DNA of 64,000 nt from an uncultured Clostridia bacterium. GTDB lineage: Bacteria; Bacillota; Clostridia; TANB77; CAG-508. The notes under the pieces are model-generated. The model did no database searches, was not told where the DNA came from, and saw only the letters and a program-made list of their open reading frames with translations. Each line of letters opens with the position of its first letter. Within the stretch, counting starts at the first letter, position 1. Shown one piece after another: positions 1 to 10,542 of the stretch. The translations under genes were made by a program, and so were the position numbers. The stretch lies in NCBI GenBank assembly GCA_944393505.1, contig CALYAK010000005.1, forward strand, positions 14,946-78,945, in the 5' to 3' direction.

Positions 1-749
1 CTTGTCTATCGAAATAATTTGCAACATGGTTTTTGGGATAATTTACGATCTTACGAGGAATTTGTTCATAATTTAAATGGAGAATTTCAAGAGGTAAAAG
101 ATGAATTGGCAACGGGAAGAAAACCAACGGAAGTATATTTTCGTAAAGGAAATAAACCGGAAGGAACCCCTACCGAATTAGCAGATATTATTATTTTTAT
201 CCTAGACTTTTTTGGTGGAAGTGAACCACCAATTGAAGTAGATGAAACTTTTTTAGAAACACCGGATTCCTTTTACAAAAATCCAGAACATTATGAACGT
301 ACTCGCCAAAATGATCCACTCCAGTATTTTTTCAAATCGAGAAAGCTTGTGGAGATCATATTGCCTTATCGAGTTTCTATCATGCTCTATATGGAAATGA
401 TATACATATAGATGAAAAAGGAAATACCTGCAGTGTAGCAATGGAATTACATTGCGTGATAAAATTAGTCTTAGAATTTTGTGATATTTATGGAATTGAT
501 ATGGAAAAAGAATTAACGGATAAAATTAATTTTAATCAGTCAAGACCAAAAGATTATCGTAAAATGGGAAAGGAAGAGTTATTGGAAACCGATCGAAATC
601 AAGTGTTTCGTGAAATGTTAAGAAGCGGATATGATATGTACAAAGAAACAGATGCTATAGTTGCCAAAAGGCAAAAAGAAAATGAGACGGTCTTGAGAAA
701 AAGAAACGATCGCGCAGAACTAGAAGACCGAGATCCTAGAGGAGAATAA
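1..749 (+). pseudogene. MazG-like (all-alpha NTP pyrophosphohydrolase family) gene, 5'-partial at the window edge and split by a frameshift in a T6 run
   Basis: ORFs 19-411 and 441-749. The frame of the second ORF is open back to ~315 and continues the first (..NDPLQYF / FQIEKACGDHIAL..MELHCVIKLVLEFCDIYGIDMEKELTDKINFNQSRP) if the T run at 327-332 were T7. ELADIIIFILDF and the C-terminal K.N.N.SRP pattern look MazG-like. The frame is open to nt 1. Confidence 0.4.
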
Positions 750-835
750 TGAAATCTGGGAGGATTGAACAATAGAGTACAAAAAGAACTTTCAAATCAA
801 CCATTAAAAAAGAAATATATACTTAAGGAGTAGAT

Positions 836-2791
836 ATGTTTAAATTACATTCAGAATATCAACCAACAGGTGACCAACCAAAAGCAATTGAATACTTATC
901 GAATGGAATCAAAGAAGGAAAGAAGTTTCAGACCTTACTTGGCGTTACAGGTTCCGGAAAAACTTTTACGATGGCCAATATAATTCAACAAGTGCAGAAG
1001 CCAACCTTAGTTTTAGCACATAATAAGACGCTTGCTGGACAGTTATATTCCGAATTTAAAGAATTCTTTCCTGAGAATAACGTAGAGTATTTCGTTTCGT
1101 ATTATGACTATTATCAACCAGAGGCATATATCGCATCTTCGGATACCTATATCGAAAAAGATTCTTCGGTTAACGATGAGATTGATAAATTACGCCATTC
1201 TGCTACTGCTGCTTTGTTTGAAACAAGGGATGTCATTATTGTTGCTTCTGTTTCTTGTATCTATGGTCTAGGAGATCCGATTGATTATGAGCATATGATC
1301 ATTTCTCTAAGACCAGGAATGAAAAAAGAACGAAATGAGGTTTTAAAGCGATTGATTTCGATGCAATATACACGAAATGAACTAGATTTTAAAAGGGGAA
1401 CATTTCGAGCAAAAGGAGATATTGTAGAGATTTATCCTTCTGACCAAAATGAAAGTGCAATTCGTGTTGAATTTTGGGGAGATGAAATCGAAAAGATTCA
1501 GGAAATCAATCCTGTAACAGGCAAAGTAATTGGTACGAGAAATCATGTAATGATTTTCCCAAATTCTCACTATGTTACAACAAGTGATAAAATGGAAAGA
1601 GCCATCCAAACCATTGAAGAAGAAAAAGAAGAAAGAATCCGTTTTTTTAAAGAGCATAACAAACTAATCGAAGCACAAAGAATCGAAGAAAGAACTAATT
1701 TTGATATTGAAATGATGAAAGAAACAGGATTTTGTCAAGGAATTGAGAATTATTCAAGACATATTAGTGGAAGAGCACCGGGAAGTCCTCCTTTTACACT
1801 ATTTGACTATTTTCCAAAAGATTTTTTATTATTAATTGATGAATCCCATGCTACCATCCCTCAAGTAAGAGCGATGTATAACGGGGATCGTGCAAGAAAA
1901 GAATCTTTGGTGAAATATGGATTCCGTCTACCATCTGCATTTGATAATCGTCCCTTAAAATTCGAAGAATTTGAGGAACGCATTCATCAATGTGTTTTTG
2001 TAAGTGCTACTCCTGCAGATTATGAAAAAGAACATGCAAAAGATAACGTGGTAGAACAAATTATTCGTCCAACTGGGTTATTAGATCCAAAAATTGAAGT
2101 AAAACCAGTTACCAACCAAGTAGATGACTTAATTGAACAAATTCGAGAAAGAACCGAAAAAAATGAACGTGTTTTAGTAACAACGCTAACCAAAAAAATG
2201 GCAGAAGATTTGACTGCATATTTAGCTGGATTGGATATTCGTGTAAAATATATGCATTCTGAGATTAAAGCTTTGGAAAGAATGGAAATTATTCGTTCTT
2301 TACGTTTAGGAGAGTTTGATGTGTTAGTTGGTATCAACCTATTAAGAGAGGGACTCGATATTCCAGAGGTTTCTTTGGTTGCGATTTTGGATGCAGATAA
2401 GGAAGGATTCCTACGTTCGGAAAGATCCTTAATTCAAACAATTGGACGTGCTGCACGAAATACCGAAGGAAAGGTGATCATGTATGCAGATGAATTAACC
2501 GAATCGATGGAGAAGGCAATCCATGAAACCAATCGTAGAAGAAAAATTCAACAAAAATATAACGAGGAACATGGAATTACACCAAAATCGATCCAAAAAT
2601 CAGTAAGAGAAGCGATTCGTGCAAGTATTTTGCAAGAAGCAGAAACCAATTATAATATTGGAAAAGATGAGAGCATAGAAGATGTAATTAACAAATTAAC
2701 GGACGAAATGTTAAAATATGCAGCCAATATGGAATTTGAGAAAGCAGCCGAGTTAAGAGATCAAATTAAAGAATTAGAAAAAATAAAATAA
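836..2791 (+). CDS. uvrB: Excinuclease ABC subunit B
   Basis: 651 aa. GVTGSGKTF Walker [11 protein letters not shown] beta-hairpin region, helicase motifs and a C-terminal UVR domain ([17 protein letters not shown]). AAGGAG RBS upstream. Confidence 0.97.
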   Translation: MFKLHSEYQPTGDQPKAIEYLSNGIKEGKKFQTLLGVTGSGKTFTMANIIQQVQKPTLVLAHNKTLAGQLYSEFKEFFPENNVEYFVSYYDYYQPEAYIASSDTYIEKDSSVNDEIDKLRHSATAALFETRDVIIVASVSCIYGLGDPIDYEHMIISLRPGMKKERNEVLKRLISMQYTRNELDFKRGTFRAKGDIVEIYPSDQNESAIRVEFWGDEIEKIQEINPVTGKVIGTRNHVMIFPNSHYVTTSDKMERAIQTIEEEKEERIRFFKEHNKLIEAQRIEERTNFDIEMMKETGFCQGIENYSRHISGRAPGSPPFTLFDYFPKDFLLLIDESHATIPQVRAMYNGDRARKESLVKYGFRLPSAFDNRPLKFEEFEERIHQCVFVSATPADYEKEHAKDNVVEQIIRPTGLLDPKIEVKPVTNQVDDLIEQIRERTEKNERVLVTTLTKKMAEDLTAYLAGLDIRVKYMHSEIKALERMEIIRSLRLGEFDVLVGINLLREGLDIPEVSLVAILDADKEGFLRSERSLIQTIGRAARNTEGKVIMYADELTESMEKAIHETNRRRKIQQKYNEEHGITPKSIQKSVREAIRASILQEAETNYNIGKDESIEDVINKLTDEMLKYAANMEFEKAAELRDQIKELEKIK

Positions 2792-2795
2792 ATCA

Positions 2796-2842
2796 AATCA
2801 CCTTATTTTATGGTTCGAATACCTTAAAATAGGGTGATTTTT
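2796..2842 (+). terminator. Rho-independent terminator after uvrB
   Basis: Arms aatcaccttatttta (2796-2810) and taaaatagggtgatt (2825-2839) followed by a T run. The 3' arm overlaps the purine-rich stretch directly upstream of the cysE ATG at 2843. Confidence 0.7.
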
Positions 2843-3362
2843 ATGAAGGTATTTCGAGAGTTATATGAAGATGCCAAAAACATTATGGAGAAAGATCCAG
2901 CTTGTCCAAACCTTTTGTATGCAATCCTTCTTTATCAAGGTTTTCATATTCTTGTTTTCTATCGAATTGGGCATTTTTTCTATCGTCATTATTTGTATTT
3001 TTTAGCAAGACTCATTTCTCAACTGGGTAGATTTTTTACAGGAATTGAAATCCATCCAGGTGCGAAGATTGGTAGAAGACTTTTTATCGACCATGGCATG
3101 CGGGATTGTCATTGGGCAAACAGCAACAGTAGGAGATGATTGTACGATTTATCATGGCGTGACATTAGGAGGAACTGGAAAAGACCAAAAGAAAAGACAT
3201 CCCGATATAGGAGATCGTGTCATGATTGGTTGTGGTGCGAAGATTTTAGGACCAATTAAAGTAGGAAATGATGCGAAAATCGGGGCAAATTGTGTTGTTT
3301 TAAAAGATGTAAAAGAAAAACAGGTAGTAGTTGGTGTGCCAGGAAAAACGGTGGAGAGCTAG
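2843..3362 (+). pseudogene. cysE: Serine O-acetyltransferase, interrupted by a 1-nt insertion
   Basis: ORF 2834-3139 gives [20 protein letters not shown]...[26 protein letters not shown] 3045-3362 continues [38 protein letters not shown] (hexapeptide repeats). Together they align end to end with short-type CysE. Removing the c at 3101 (atg c ggg att) restores DHGMGIVIG. Confidence 0.85.
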
Positions 3363-3455
3363 AAAAGTAGCTCTCTTTTATCTTTTTTATCCAAACTCTT
3401 GTTTTTATGCTTAAAGTGAGATATAATGAGGCAAGTTATAAGGGGGTATTACCAG

Positions 3456-6281
3456 ATGAATGATAAAATCGTAATCAAAGAGGCAAAAGTTCATAACTTA
3501 AAAAATATTAGTTTAGAGATTCCAAGAGATAAACTTGTGGTAGTAACCGGTCTTTCTGGTTCTGGCAAGTCTTCTCTTGCTTTTGATACACTTTATGCAG
3601 AAGGGCAAAGAAGATATGTCGAAAGTCTTTCTTCTTATGCAAGACAATTCTTAGGTTTAATGGAAAAACCAGATGTAGAATCGATTGAAGGGTTATCACC
3701 AGCGATTTCGATTGATCAAAAAACAACATCACGTAATCCAAGATCAACAGTCGGTACGGTAACGGAAATTTATGATTATATCCGTCTACTTTATGCTAGA
3801 ATTGGTGTTCCGTATTGCCCAAATTGCGGAAAAAAGATTGAAAAGCAAACCATTGATCAAATTGTTGATGAAATTATGACTTTGGAAGAAGGAACTCGAA
3901 TTCAAGTACTTGCACCAATTGTTCGAGGAAGAAAAGGAGAATTTGTTAAGCAATTAGAAGGTTATCAAAAAGAAGGATTTGTCCGTGTTCGCATCGATGG
4001 AGAAACTTATGAATTAACGGACGATATTCAAATTGATCGAAAAAAGAAACACAATGTGGAAATCATCGTTGATCGTTTGGTGATTCATGATGACATCCGT
4101 TCTCGTTTAACCGAATCAGTCGAAGTAGCTTTAAAATATGCGAATAATTTAGTAAGTATTGACATTCCAGGAAAAGAAACACGATTATTTAGCCAAAATT
4201 ATGCTTGCCCAGATTGTGGCATTAGTTTTGAAGAGTTATCTCCTCGTATGTTTTCTTTTAATAATCCTTTAGGTGCTTGTCCAGATTGTATGGGAATTGG
4301 TTATTTAATGAAAATGGATGAAGATTTAATTATTCCAGATAAAAATAAAACGTTATATGATGGTGTAAAAGCTTTTGGATCAAGTGCCTTAAAAAAGGGC
4401 GAGACAATGGCAAAAATGTATTTTGAAAGTATCGCAAGGAAATATGACGTTGATATTTCTGTACCGATTAAAAAGCTTCCTCGTGAGTTTTTAGATAAGA
4501 TTCTTTATGGAACAGGAGATGAGGTGATCGATTTTGTTTATGAATCTCCTTCTGGAATTCGAAGATTTTCAACTCCTTTTGAAGGGGTAATTCCTACGTT
4601 AGAGAGAAGACATTCTGAAACCAAATCCCAAGGAATGCGTGATTTTTACGAGTTATATATGAGTGAATCAGATTGTCCGACTTGTAAAGGTGCTCGTTTA
4701 AAGAAAGAAAGTTTATCGGTTCGTGTGGGTGACAAGAATATTAATGAACTAACCGAAATGTCCATTGATCGAATTCAAAGCTTTTTGAATCATTTAACAT
4801 TAAGCAACAAAGATGCGATGATTGCAGATCAAATCTTAAAAGAACTAAATAAACGTTTACAATTTTTAATTGATGTTGGATTAGAATATTTAACACTTGC
4901 TCGAAGTGCAGGTTCCTTATCCGGAGGAGAGGCACAAAGAATTCGTTTAGCAACTCAAATTGGTTCTGGATTAACAGGTGTTTTATACATTTTAGATGAA
5001 CCAAGTATTGGATTACATCAAAGAGATAATGATAAACTACTTGCTACGTTAAAGAAATTAAGAGATTTAGGAAATACACTAATTGTTGTAGAACATGATG
5101 AAGATACGATGTATGCAGCTGATCAAATTATCGATATTGGTCCAGGGGCTGGTGTACATGGAGGAAATGTGGTAGCACAGGGAACTGCAGAAGAAATTAA
5201 ATTAGTTCCAGAATCGATTACCGGACAATATTTAAGTGGAAAGAAAAAAATATTAGTACCAAAACAAAGAAGAAAAAGTAATAAAAAATACATTGAAATT
5301 ATTAGTGCAAAAGAAAACAATCTGAAAAATATTAGTGTTCGAATTCCTTTAGGACAATTTGTTTGTGTAACTGGGGTTTCTGGTTCTGGAAAATCTACTT
5401 TAATCAATGAGATCCTATACAAATCTTTAGCAAAAGAAATTAATCGATCCAACGAAAAGCCTGGAAAGCACAAAGAAATTAAGGGGATTGAAAACATTGA
5501 TAAGATCATTAATATTGATCAATCTCCAATTGGTAGAACACCTCGTTCGAATCCAGCTACTTACACAGGTGTATTTGACTTTATTCGTGATATTTTTGCA
5601 AATACAAATGAAGCAAAAATGAGAGGCTATGAAAAAGGAAGATTTAGCTTTAATGTAGAAGGTGGAAGATGCGAAGCATGTTCAGGCGATGGTATCATTA
5701 AAATTGAAATGCATTTCCTTCCGGATGTTTATGTACCGTGTGAAGTGTGTAAAGGAAAACGATATAACTCAGAAACGCTTCAAGTAAAATATAAAGGAAA
5801 AACCATTGCAGATGTTTTAGATATGACAGTGGAAGAAGCTTTAGAATTTTTCAAAAATGTTCCTCGTATTCGAAACAAAATTCAAACACTTTACGATGTA
5901 GGATTAGGCTATATCAAATTAGGACAACCATCCACGACCTTATCCGGAGGAGAAGCACAAAGAATTAAGTTAGCAACAGAATTGTCGAAAAAAGCAACAG
6001 GAAAAACCTTATACATTTTAGATGAACCAACAACTGGTCTTCATATTGCAGATGTACATCGTTTAATTGATATTTTACAAAGACTAGTCGATACTGGAAA
6101 CAGCATTGTTGTCATTGAACATAATCTTGACTTAATTAAAACAGCGGACTATATCATCGATTTGGGACCAGAAGGGGGAGACAATGGAGGAACAATTGTT
6201 GGTGTAGGAACACCAGAGCAAATTGTAAAAAACGAAAAAAGTTATACCGGAAAATTCTTAAAAAAATATTTAGAATCCTAA
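3456..6281 (+). CDS. uvrA: Excinuclease ABC subunit A
   Basis: Two ABC ATPase modules ([18 protein letters not shown], two LSGGE signatures) and zinc-finger cysteines. The start is moved to the ATG at 3456 ([18 protein letters not shown]), which has an AAGGGGG RBS. Confidence 0.97.
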   Translation: MNDKIVIKEAKVHNLKNISLEIPRDKLVVVTGLSGSGKSSLAFDTLYAEGQRRYVESLSSYARQFLGLMEKPDVESIEGLSPAISIDQKTTSRNPRSTVGTVTEIYDYIRLLYARIGVPYCPNCGKKIEKQTIDQIVDEIMTLEEGTRIQVLAPIVRGRKGEFVKQLEGYQKEGFVRVRIDGETYELTDDIQIDRKKKHNVEIIVDRLVIHDDIRSRLTESVEVALKYANNLVSIDIPGKETRLFSQNYACPDCGISFEELSPRMFSFNNPLGACPDCMGIGYLMKMDEDLIIPDKNKTLYDGVKAFGSSALKKGETMAKMYFESIARKYDVDISVPIKKLPREFLDKILYGTGDEVIDFVYESPSGIRRFSTPFEGVIPTLERRHSETKSQGMRDFYELYMSESDCPTCKGARLKKESLSVRVGDKNINELTEMSIDRIQSFLNHLTLSNKDAMIADQILKELNKRLQFLIDVGLEYLTLARSAGSLSGGEAQRIRLATQIGSGLTGVLYILDEPSIGLHQRDNDKLLATLKKLRDLGNTLIVVEHDEDTMYAADQIIDIGPGAGVHGGNVVAQGTAEEIKLVPESITGQYLSGKKKILVPKQRRKSNKKYIEIISAKENNLKNISVRIPLGQFVCVTGVSGSGKSTLINEILYKSLAKEINRSNEKPGKHKEIKGIENIDKIINIDQSPIGRTPRSNPATYTGVFDFIRDIFANTNEAKMRGYEKGRFSFNVEGGRCEACSGDGIIKIEMHFLPDVYVPCEVCKGKRYNSETLQVKYKGKTIADVLDMTVEEALEFFKNVPRIRNKIQTLYDVGLGYIKLGQPSTTLSGGEAQRIKLATELSKKATGKTLYILDEPTTGLHIADVHRLIDILQRLVDTGNSIVVIEHNLDLIKTADYIIDLGPEGGDNGGTIVGVGTPEQIVKNEKSYTGKFLKKYLES

Positions 6282-6306
6282 ATAACTTTTAAGTTAAATC
6301 TTAAAA

Positions 6307-6339
6307 AACAGCATTTATGGAAAAGTAAATGCTGTTTTT
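6307..6339. terminator. Bidirectional rho-independent terminator (uvrA / small minus-strand ORF)
   Basis: Arms aacagcattta (6307-6317) and taaatgctgtt (6326-6336), with an A run on the 5' side and T5 on the 3' side. Confidence 0.75.
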
Positions 6340-6362
6340 CTATGGTTAAGATTTCATTTAAA

Positions 6363-6470
6363 TTATTGATTACAATCTTGTGAATTGTTGCTATTGCTTC
6401 TTTCAGAATTCTTTTGTGAATTGTTTTTGTTTGATTTTGAAGATTTATTTTTATTGTTTTTGTCTGCCAT
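6363..6470 (-). CDS. 35-aa highly hydrophilic Lys/Asn/Ser-rich peptide (MADKNNKNKSSKSNKNNSQKNSERSNSNNSQDCNQ)
   Basis: ATG at 6470-6468 is preceded by GGAGGTG at ideal spacing (rc of catttatgacacctcc). Stop at 6365-6363, followed by the bidirectional terminator. It is not in the ORF track because it is shorter than 60 aa. Composition resembles minor small spore proteins (inference only). Confidence 0.35.
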   Translation of the reverse strand: MADKNNKNKSSKSNKNNSQKNSERSNSNNSQDCNQ

Positions 6471-6584
6471 TTATGACACCTCCATTTCCTATTGATAGTT
6501 TGAACGAAATATTTTAAAATATACATTGTTTCTAAAATTTAACTGGTATATAATAAATGAGAAAAAGTAAAAAAGAGGAAAGTT

Positions 6585-7080
6585 ATGAAAAATTTAACAC
6601 AAGAAATGATAGATGAATTAATTCGTCGTAAAGAAACGATTGCTACCATGGAATCTTGTACCGGAGGATTGATTGCATCCGAAATTACCAATGTTTCTGG
6701 AAGTTCTGATGTTTTTGCGTTAGGACTCGTTACATATCAAGTACAAGCGAAAATCCAATATGGAATTTCAGAAAAAACAATTCAAGATCATACGGTATAT
6801 AGTAAAGAAGTAGCAGAAGAAATGGCAAAAAAGATAGCAGAAAAAGCAAATGCTACATGGGGAATTGGAACAACAGGAATGATCCGGAAGACCTGATCCA
6901 TTGGTTTCAAGTCAAACCGAAAAGATTGCCTATTATTCCATCTATCATCAACCGACAAAGACTTATCAAACAGGACAGCTTATATTTGAGAATGAAGATC
7001 GAGTGGAAAATAAACAGAAAATTTTAAATGCTATTTTAGTAGCATTGCAAAATAGATTGAAGAAAACAGAAAAGGAATAG
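6585..7080 (+). pseudogene. CinA C-terminal domain / nicotinamide-nucleotide amidase (PncC-like), frameshifted
   Basis: ORF 6585-6896 reads ..IATMESCTGGLIASEITNVSGSSDVF...WGIGTTGMIRKT*. The +2 frame continues GRPDPLVSSQTEKIAYYSIYH...RVENKQKILNAILVALQNRLKK to the stop at 7078-7080. One extra c in the cc at 6884-6885 accounts for the break. Confidence 0.6.
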
Positions 7081-7088
7081 GAGAAATT

Positions 7089-7805
7089 ATGGAACAACAC
7101 ATTGTAATAGGAATTGAAGGATTAGTTGGCTCTGGAAAAACCACAATGGCAAGGGAGTTATTAAAATATATTCCCAACAGCATTCTTCTTCATGGAGGAA
7201 ATATATATCGTGCTGTTGTTTTTGCGCTTTTGAATTCCGGTGTTCATTTAGAAGATTTGGCAAGTAAAACAAAAAATTTAGATTCTTTTGAAATTTTGAA
7301 AAAATTTCATCTTTCCATCCAATTAGAAGATCGCGAAACGGTTATCTATTGGAATGGAAAAAAAATTGCAGAAGAGGATTTGCAATCGGAAGCTTCTTCT
7401 TTGGGAGTATCTCAAATGAGTCAAGTGGCTGATAATCAAAAGTTATATGAATTTGGAAAGTCGATTATCGACCAATTTAAGAAAGATTATTCCATTATTT
7501 TATCTTCTCGTGATATTATTAAAATGTATCCAGATGTAGATTATCATTTCTTCATTACAGCTAGTTTAGAAGAACGTACAAGAAGAAAATGCATACAATA
7601 TACTAAAAAAATGGAGAATAAAGAGCAAGAAGAATTCGAAAGATCAATTCGAGAAAATATCGAAAAAAGAGATGAATTACAAGAAAAAGCAGGCTATTAC
7701 AAAATTTATGATCAGACAATTGTGATTGATGTAACAAAAGATGCAAGCCCACAAGAGTCTGCAAAAAAAATCATGAGCCATATTAAAATGCCCAGTGTTC
7801 GATAG
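7089..7805 (+). CDS. Cytidylate kinase family protein
   Basis: 238 aa. P-loop GIEGLVGSGKTT, the GGNIYRAV pattern, and SSRDI...FFITASLEERTRRK, which resembles the Cmk lid/C-terminal region. Confidence 0.55.
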   Translation: MEQHIVIGIEGLVGSGKTTMARELLKYIPNSILLHGGNIYRAVVFALLNSGVHLEDLASKTKNLDSFEILKKFHLSIQLEDRETVIYWNGKKIAEEDLQSEASSLGVSQMSQVADNQKLYEFGKSIIDQFKKDYSIILSSRDIIKMYPDVDYHFFITASLEERTRRKCIQYTKKMENKEQEEFERSIRENIEKRDELQEKAGYYKIYDQTIVIDVTKDASPQESAKKIMSHIKMPSVR

Positions 7806-7817
7806 GAGGTTGGAACC

Positions 7818-9215
7818 TTGTACTATAATCAGAAATTAGAAGAATTTGAAACATACTTAAGAAATAAAAAAGTAGCCATTATTGGAATGGGAGTTAGTAA
7901 TGCTCCATTAATTGAATATTTAAAATCTTTTTCATGCGATCTTACGGTTTTTGATAAACGAGAAGAAGAAAAAATCGATCCCGCCATTTTAAAGAAAATT
8001 AAAGATTTGCAAATTGATTATCACTTTGGAGAAGACAATTTATCCTATTTAAAAGGATTTCAACTAATTTTCCGTTCACCAAGTTGTAGACCAGATACCA
8101 AAGAAATTGTAGAAGAAGTCGAAAGAGGAGCTATCCTTACTTCTGAAATTGAACTTTTATTAGAAATTTGTCCTGGCAAGGTAATTGGTGTTACAGGAAG
8201 TGATGGAAAGACAACAACTACCACATTAATTTATGAAATGATTAAAAAGAAAGGATATCCTTGTTTTTTAGGTGGAAATATTGGTTATCCGATTTTTACG
8301 AAATTACGCGAAATGACAAATGAAACAATTGTGGTATTAGAGTTGAGCAGTTTTCAACTAATGGATGCGAAAGTTAGTCCAGACATTGCTGTTATTACTA
8401 ATATTGCTCCAAATCATTTAGATATTCATAAATCCTATGAAGAATATATTACATGTAAAGAAAATATTTTTCGCTTTCAAAATGAAAAAGGTATTTTTGT
8501 AACTAATTACGAGAATGATATTACAAGAAAGCTAGCGGAAAAAGCTCCTGGAAAGGTAATCTTTTTTAGCAGTAAAACCAAATTAGAAAATGGATATTTT
8601 TACGAAGATGGTATTATTAAGATGAGTGAAGATGGTTTACGAAGACATGTGATTCAAACCAAAGATATTCCATTGAGAGGCATTCACAATTACGAAAATA
8701 TCTGTACAGCATTAGCTGCAACTGATACTTTAGTAGATATTGATACACAAAGAGAGGTAATTCAAGAATTCAAGGGAGTCGAACATCGCTTAGAACTAGT
8801 TCGAGAGATTGATGGCGTAAAATGGTATAATGATTCAATTGGTACCAGTCCTTCTCGTACCATTGCAGGACTAAATTCCTTTGATGAAGATATTGTTTTA
8901 ATTGCCGGAGGCTATGATAAGCATTTAGATTATGCACCAATTGCAAAACCGATTTTAGACAATGTTACACAACTTGTATTGATGGGAGCAACAGCGCCAA
9001 AGATTTATGAGGCTGTTGTGAATGAAGCCAAAAAAGAAAAAAGAGAAATTCCAATTCACATGTGTGATTCTTTAGAAGAAGCGATTCACACCGCAAAAAA
9101 AGTGGCAAAGAAGGATCAAGTTGTTTTATTTTCGCCGGCAAGTGCTAGTTTTGATTTATTTAAAAATTTTGCAGAACGTGGAGAAAAGTTTAAGGAACTT
9201 GTTTGGAAATTGTAA
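7818..9215 (+). CDS. murD: UDP-N-acetylmuramoylalanine--D-glutamate ligase
   Basis: 465 aa. Mur ligase P-loop GVTGSDGKTTTT, NHLDIH, and C-terminal SPASASFD. TTG start. Confidence 0.9.
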   Translation: MYYNQKLEEFETYLRNKKVAIIGMGVSNAPLIEYLKSFSCDLTVFDKREEEKIDPAILKKIKDLQIDYHFGEDNLSYLKGFQLIFRSPSCRPDTKEIVEEVERGAILTSEIELLLEICPGKVIGVTGSDGKTTTTTLIYEMIKKKGYPCFLGGNIGYPIFTKLREMTNETIVVLELSSFQLMDAKVSPDIAVITNIAPNHLDIHKSYEEYITCKENIFRFQNEKGIFVTNYENDITRKLAEKAPGKVIFFSSKTKLENGYFYEDGIIKMSEDGLRRHVIQTKDIPLRGIHNYENICTALAATDTLVDIDTQREVIQEFKGVEHRLELVREIDGVKWYNDSIGTSPSRTIAGLNSFDEDIVLIAGGYDKHLDYAPIAKPILDNVTQLVLMGATAPKIYEAVVNEAKKEKREIPIHMCDSLEEAIHTAKKVAKKDQVVLFSPASASFDLFKNFAERGEKFKELVWKL

Positions 9216-9270
9216 CCATCTTTTCTTTTCTAGCATAGTATAGACTAACTTTAAATGAGGAGGTTATACT

Positions 9271-9948
9271 ATGTATTACAACTACGATGAATACATGAAG
9301 GAAGTTCTTGGATATCCACCTAACAATCCAGAAGACCGAAAAGTAGGCTTCGATGATCCTTTTCAAGCATCGGTTACATATCGTCAAGAATATCAACCAA
9401 GACAACAAGTTGATTTAACAACTTGTTATCCAGAAGTTTACAAAATGTTAATGCCCATGGTAACAAAAGCTTGTGAAAATCTTTATGAACCGGTTACCGA
9501 AAATGATATCACAAGAATTGCTCTTGATATTTATTTCCAATTTGAATCTGATGATCGAGAAAATGATCGAAAAGAGGAGACAGAAGAAAATAACCGATCG
9601 ATTCCAAAAACAGAATCAATTCGTACAGAAAGTTCACCACGTAATAATGTTCGAAGATTTGATCGAAATTTAGAAAAAAGTATTACTTCAAAGCCAACTC
9701 AAAAAGAAGAACCACCAAAAGAAGAAAATCGTGAAGAGGATAGAGTTAATACTTTCTCTCGTAGACCACGAAACCGATTGTTGTTTGACTTAATTCGAAT
9801 TTTAATCTTAAACCAAATTTTGGGTAGACCAAATTTTCCAGGAAGACCTCCAAGACCACGTCCCCCAAGACCAAGACCGCCAATTCGTCCAAGAGATGAA
9901 TATATGGGGTATGAAGATGATTTTGATTATCCATATTGGCAATATTAG
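9271..9948 (+). CDS. Hypothetical protein with an acidic/basic low-complexity middle and a Pro/Arg-repeat C-terminus
   Basis: 225 aa. GAGGAGG RBS. C-terminal FPGRPPRPRPPRPRPPIRPRDEYMGYEDDFDYPYWQY. No family recognised. Confidence 0.5.
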   Translation: MYYNYDEYMKEVLGYPPNNPEDRKVGFDDPFQASVTYRQEYQPRQQVDLTTCYPEVYKMLMPMVTKACENLYEPVTENDITRIALDIYFQFESDDRENDRKEETEENNRSIPKTESIRTESSPRNNVRRFDRNLEKSITSKPTQKEEPPKEENREEDRVNTFSRRPRNRLLFDLIRILILNQILGRPNFPGRPPRPRPPRPRPPIRPRDEYMGYEDDFDYPYWQY

Positions 9949-10038
9949 GAAAATAGAAAGATATGCAATAAAATATGCATATCTTTTTTCTTTTTGAAAA
10001 AAATAATAGTATTCTAAAGAAAGGAAAGGGAAAAAGAT

Positions 10039-10476
10039 ATGAAAACAAAGGATTGTATGTGTCAAAATATTGTAATTGCTCATCCAAATACAACGATTGA
10101 AGATTGTTGTAAAATGATGGGAGAAAATCATATTGGCTGTGTGCCAGTTTGTGATCAAGAAAATAAGATTGTTGGAATTGTCACAGATCGTGACATTGTA
10201 TTAAGAGGAATTGCTTGTCAAAAGGATCCAAAAGCGACAAAACTTTCGAATATCATGACTACCCAAGTTTGTTGTTGTCAAGCCGGAGATGATGTAAAGA
10301 AAGCAGAAGATTTAATGAAGGATAACAAAGTAAGAAGACTACCGGTTATTGAAAACAATCAAGTAGTGGGAATGCTTACAATCGGAGATTTAGCATGCAA
10401 TGATGACATATCTTGTGAATGCTTAGGAGAAACTTTAGAAGATATCTGCCAAGAAAATCATCAAAATGCTGAATAG
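10039..10476 (+). CDS. CBS domain-containing protein
   Basis: 145 aa. Tandem CBS pattern (GCVPVCDQENKIVGIVTDRDI... RRLPVIENNQVVGMLTIGDL). Confidence 0.8.
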   Translation: MKTKDCMCQNIVIAHPNTTIEDCCKMMGENHIGCVPVCDQENKIVGIVTDRDIVLRGIACQKDPKATKLSNIMTTQVCCCQAGDDVKKAEDLMKDNKVRRLPVIENNQVVGMLTIGDLACNDDISCECLGETLEDICQENHQNAE

Positions 10477-10542
10477 AGATGAAAAAGGCAGAAACAAGTA
10501 GCTTTGCTACTTGTACATATTTTCCTTTGAAAATGCGTAAGA

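Noticed and set aside
1382-2337. Antisense ORFs inside uvrB, and similar ones inside uvrA, secA, rho, ackA, pta, der, the CaCA gene and dpaB
   Set aside because: They are typical shadow ORFs opposite strongly supported conserved genes, with low-complexity translations and no RBS.
6278-6526. 82-aa minus-strand ORF from the track
   Set aside because: It has no RBS, runs through the uvrA terminator hairpin, and has implausible composition. The overlapping 35-aa frame with a GGAGG RBS is the better candidate.
6894-6896. In-frame TGA in the CinA-like gene as evidence of stop-codon reassignment (TGA as Trp or Gly)
   Set aside because: The conserved downstream sequence is in a different frame, so this is a frameshift rather than read-through. 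TGA also functions as the stop in the prfB recoding site and in other genes in this window.
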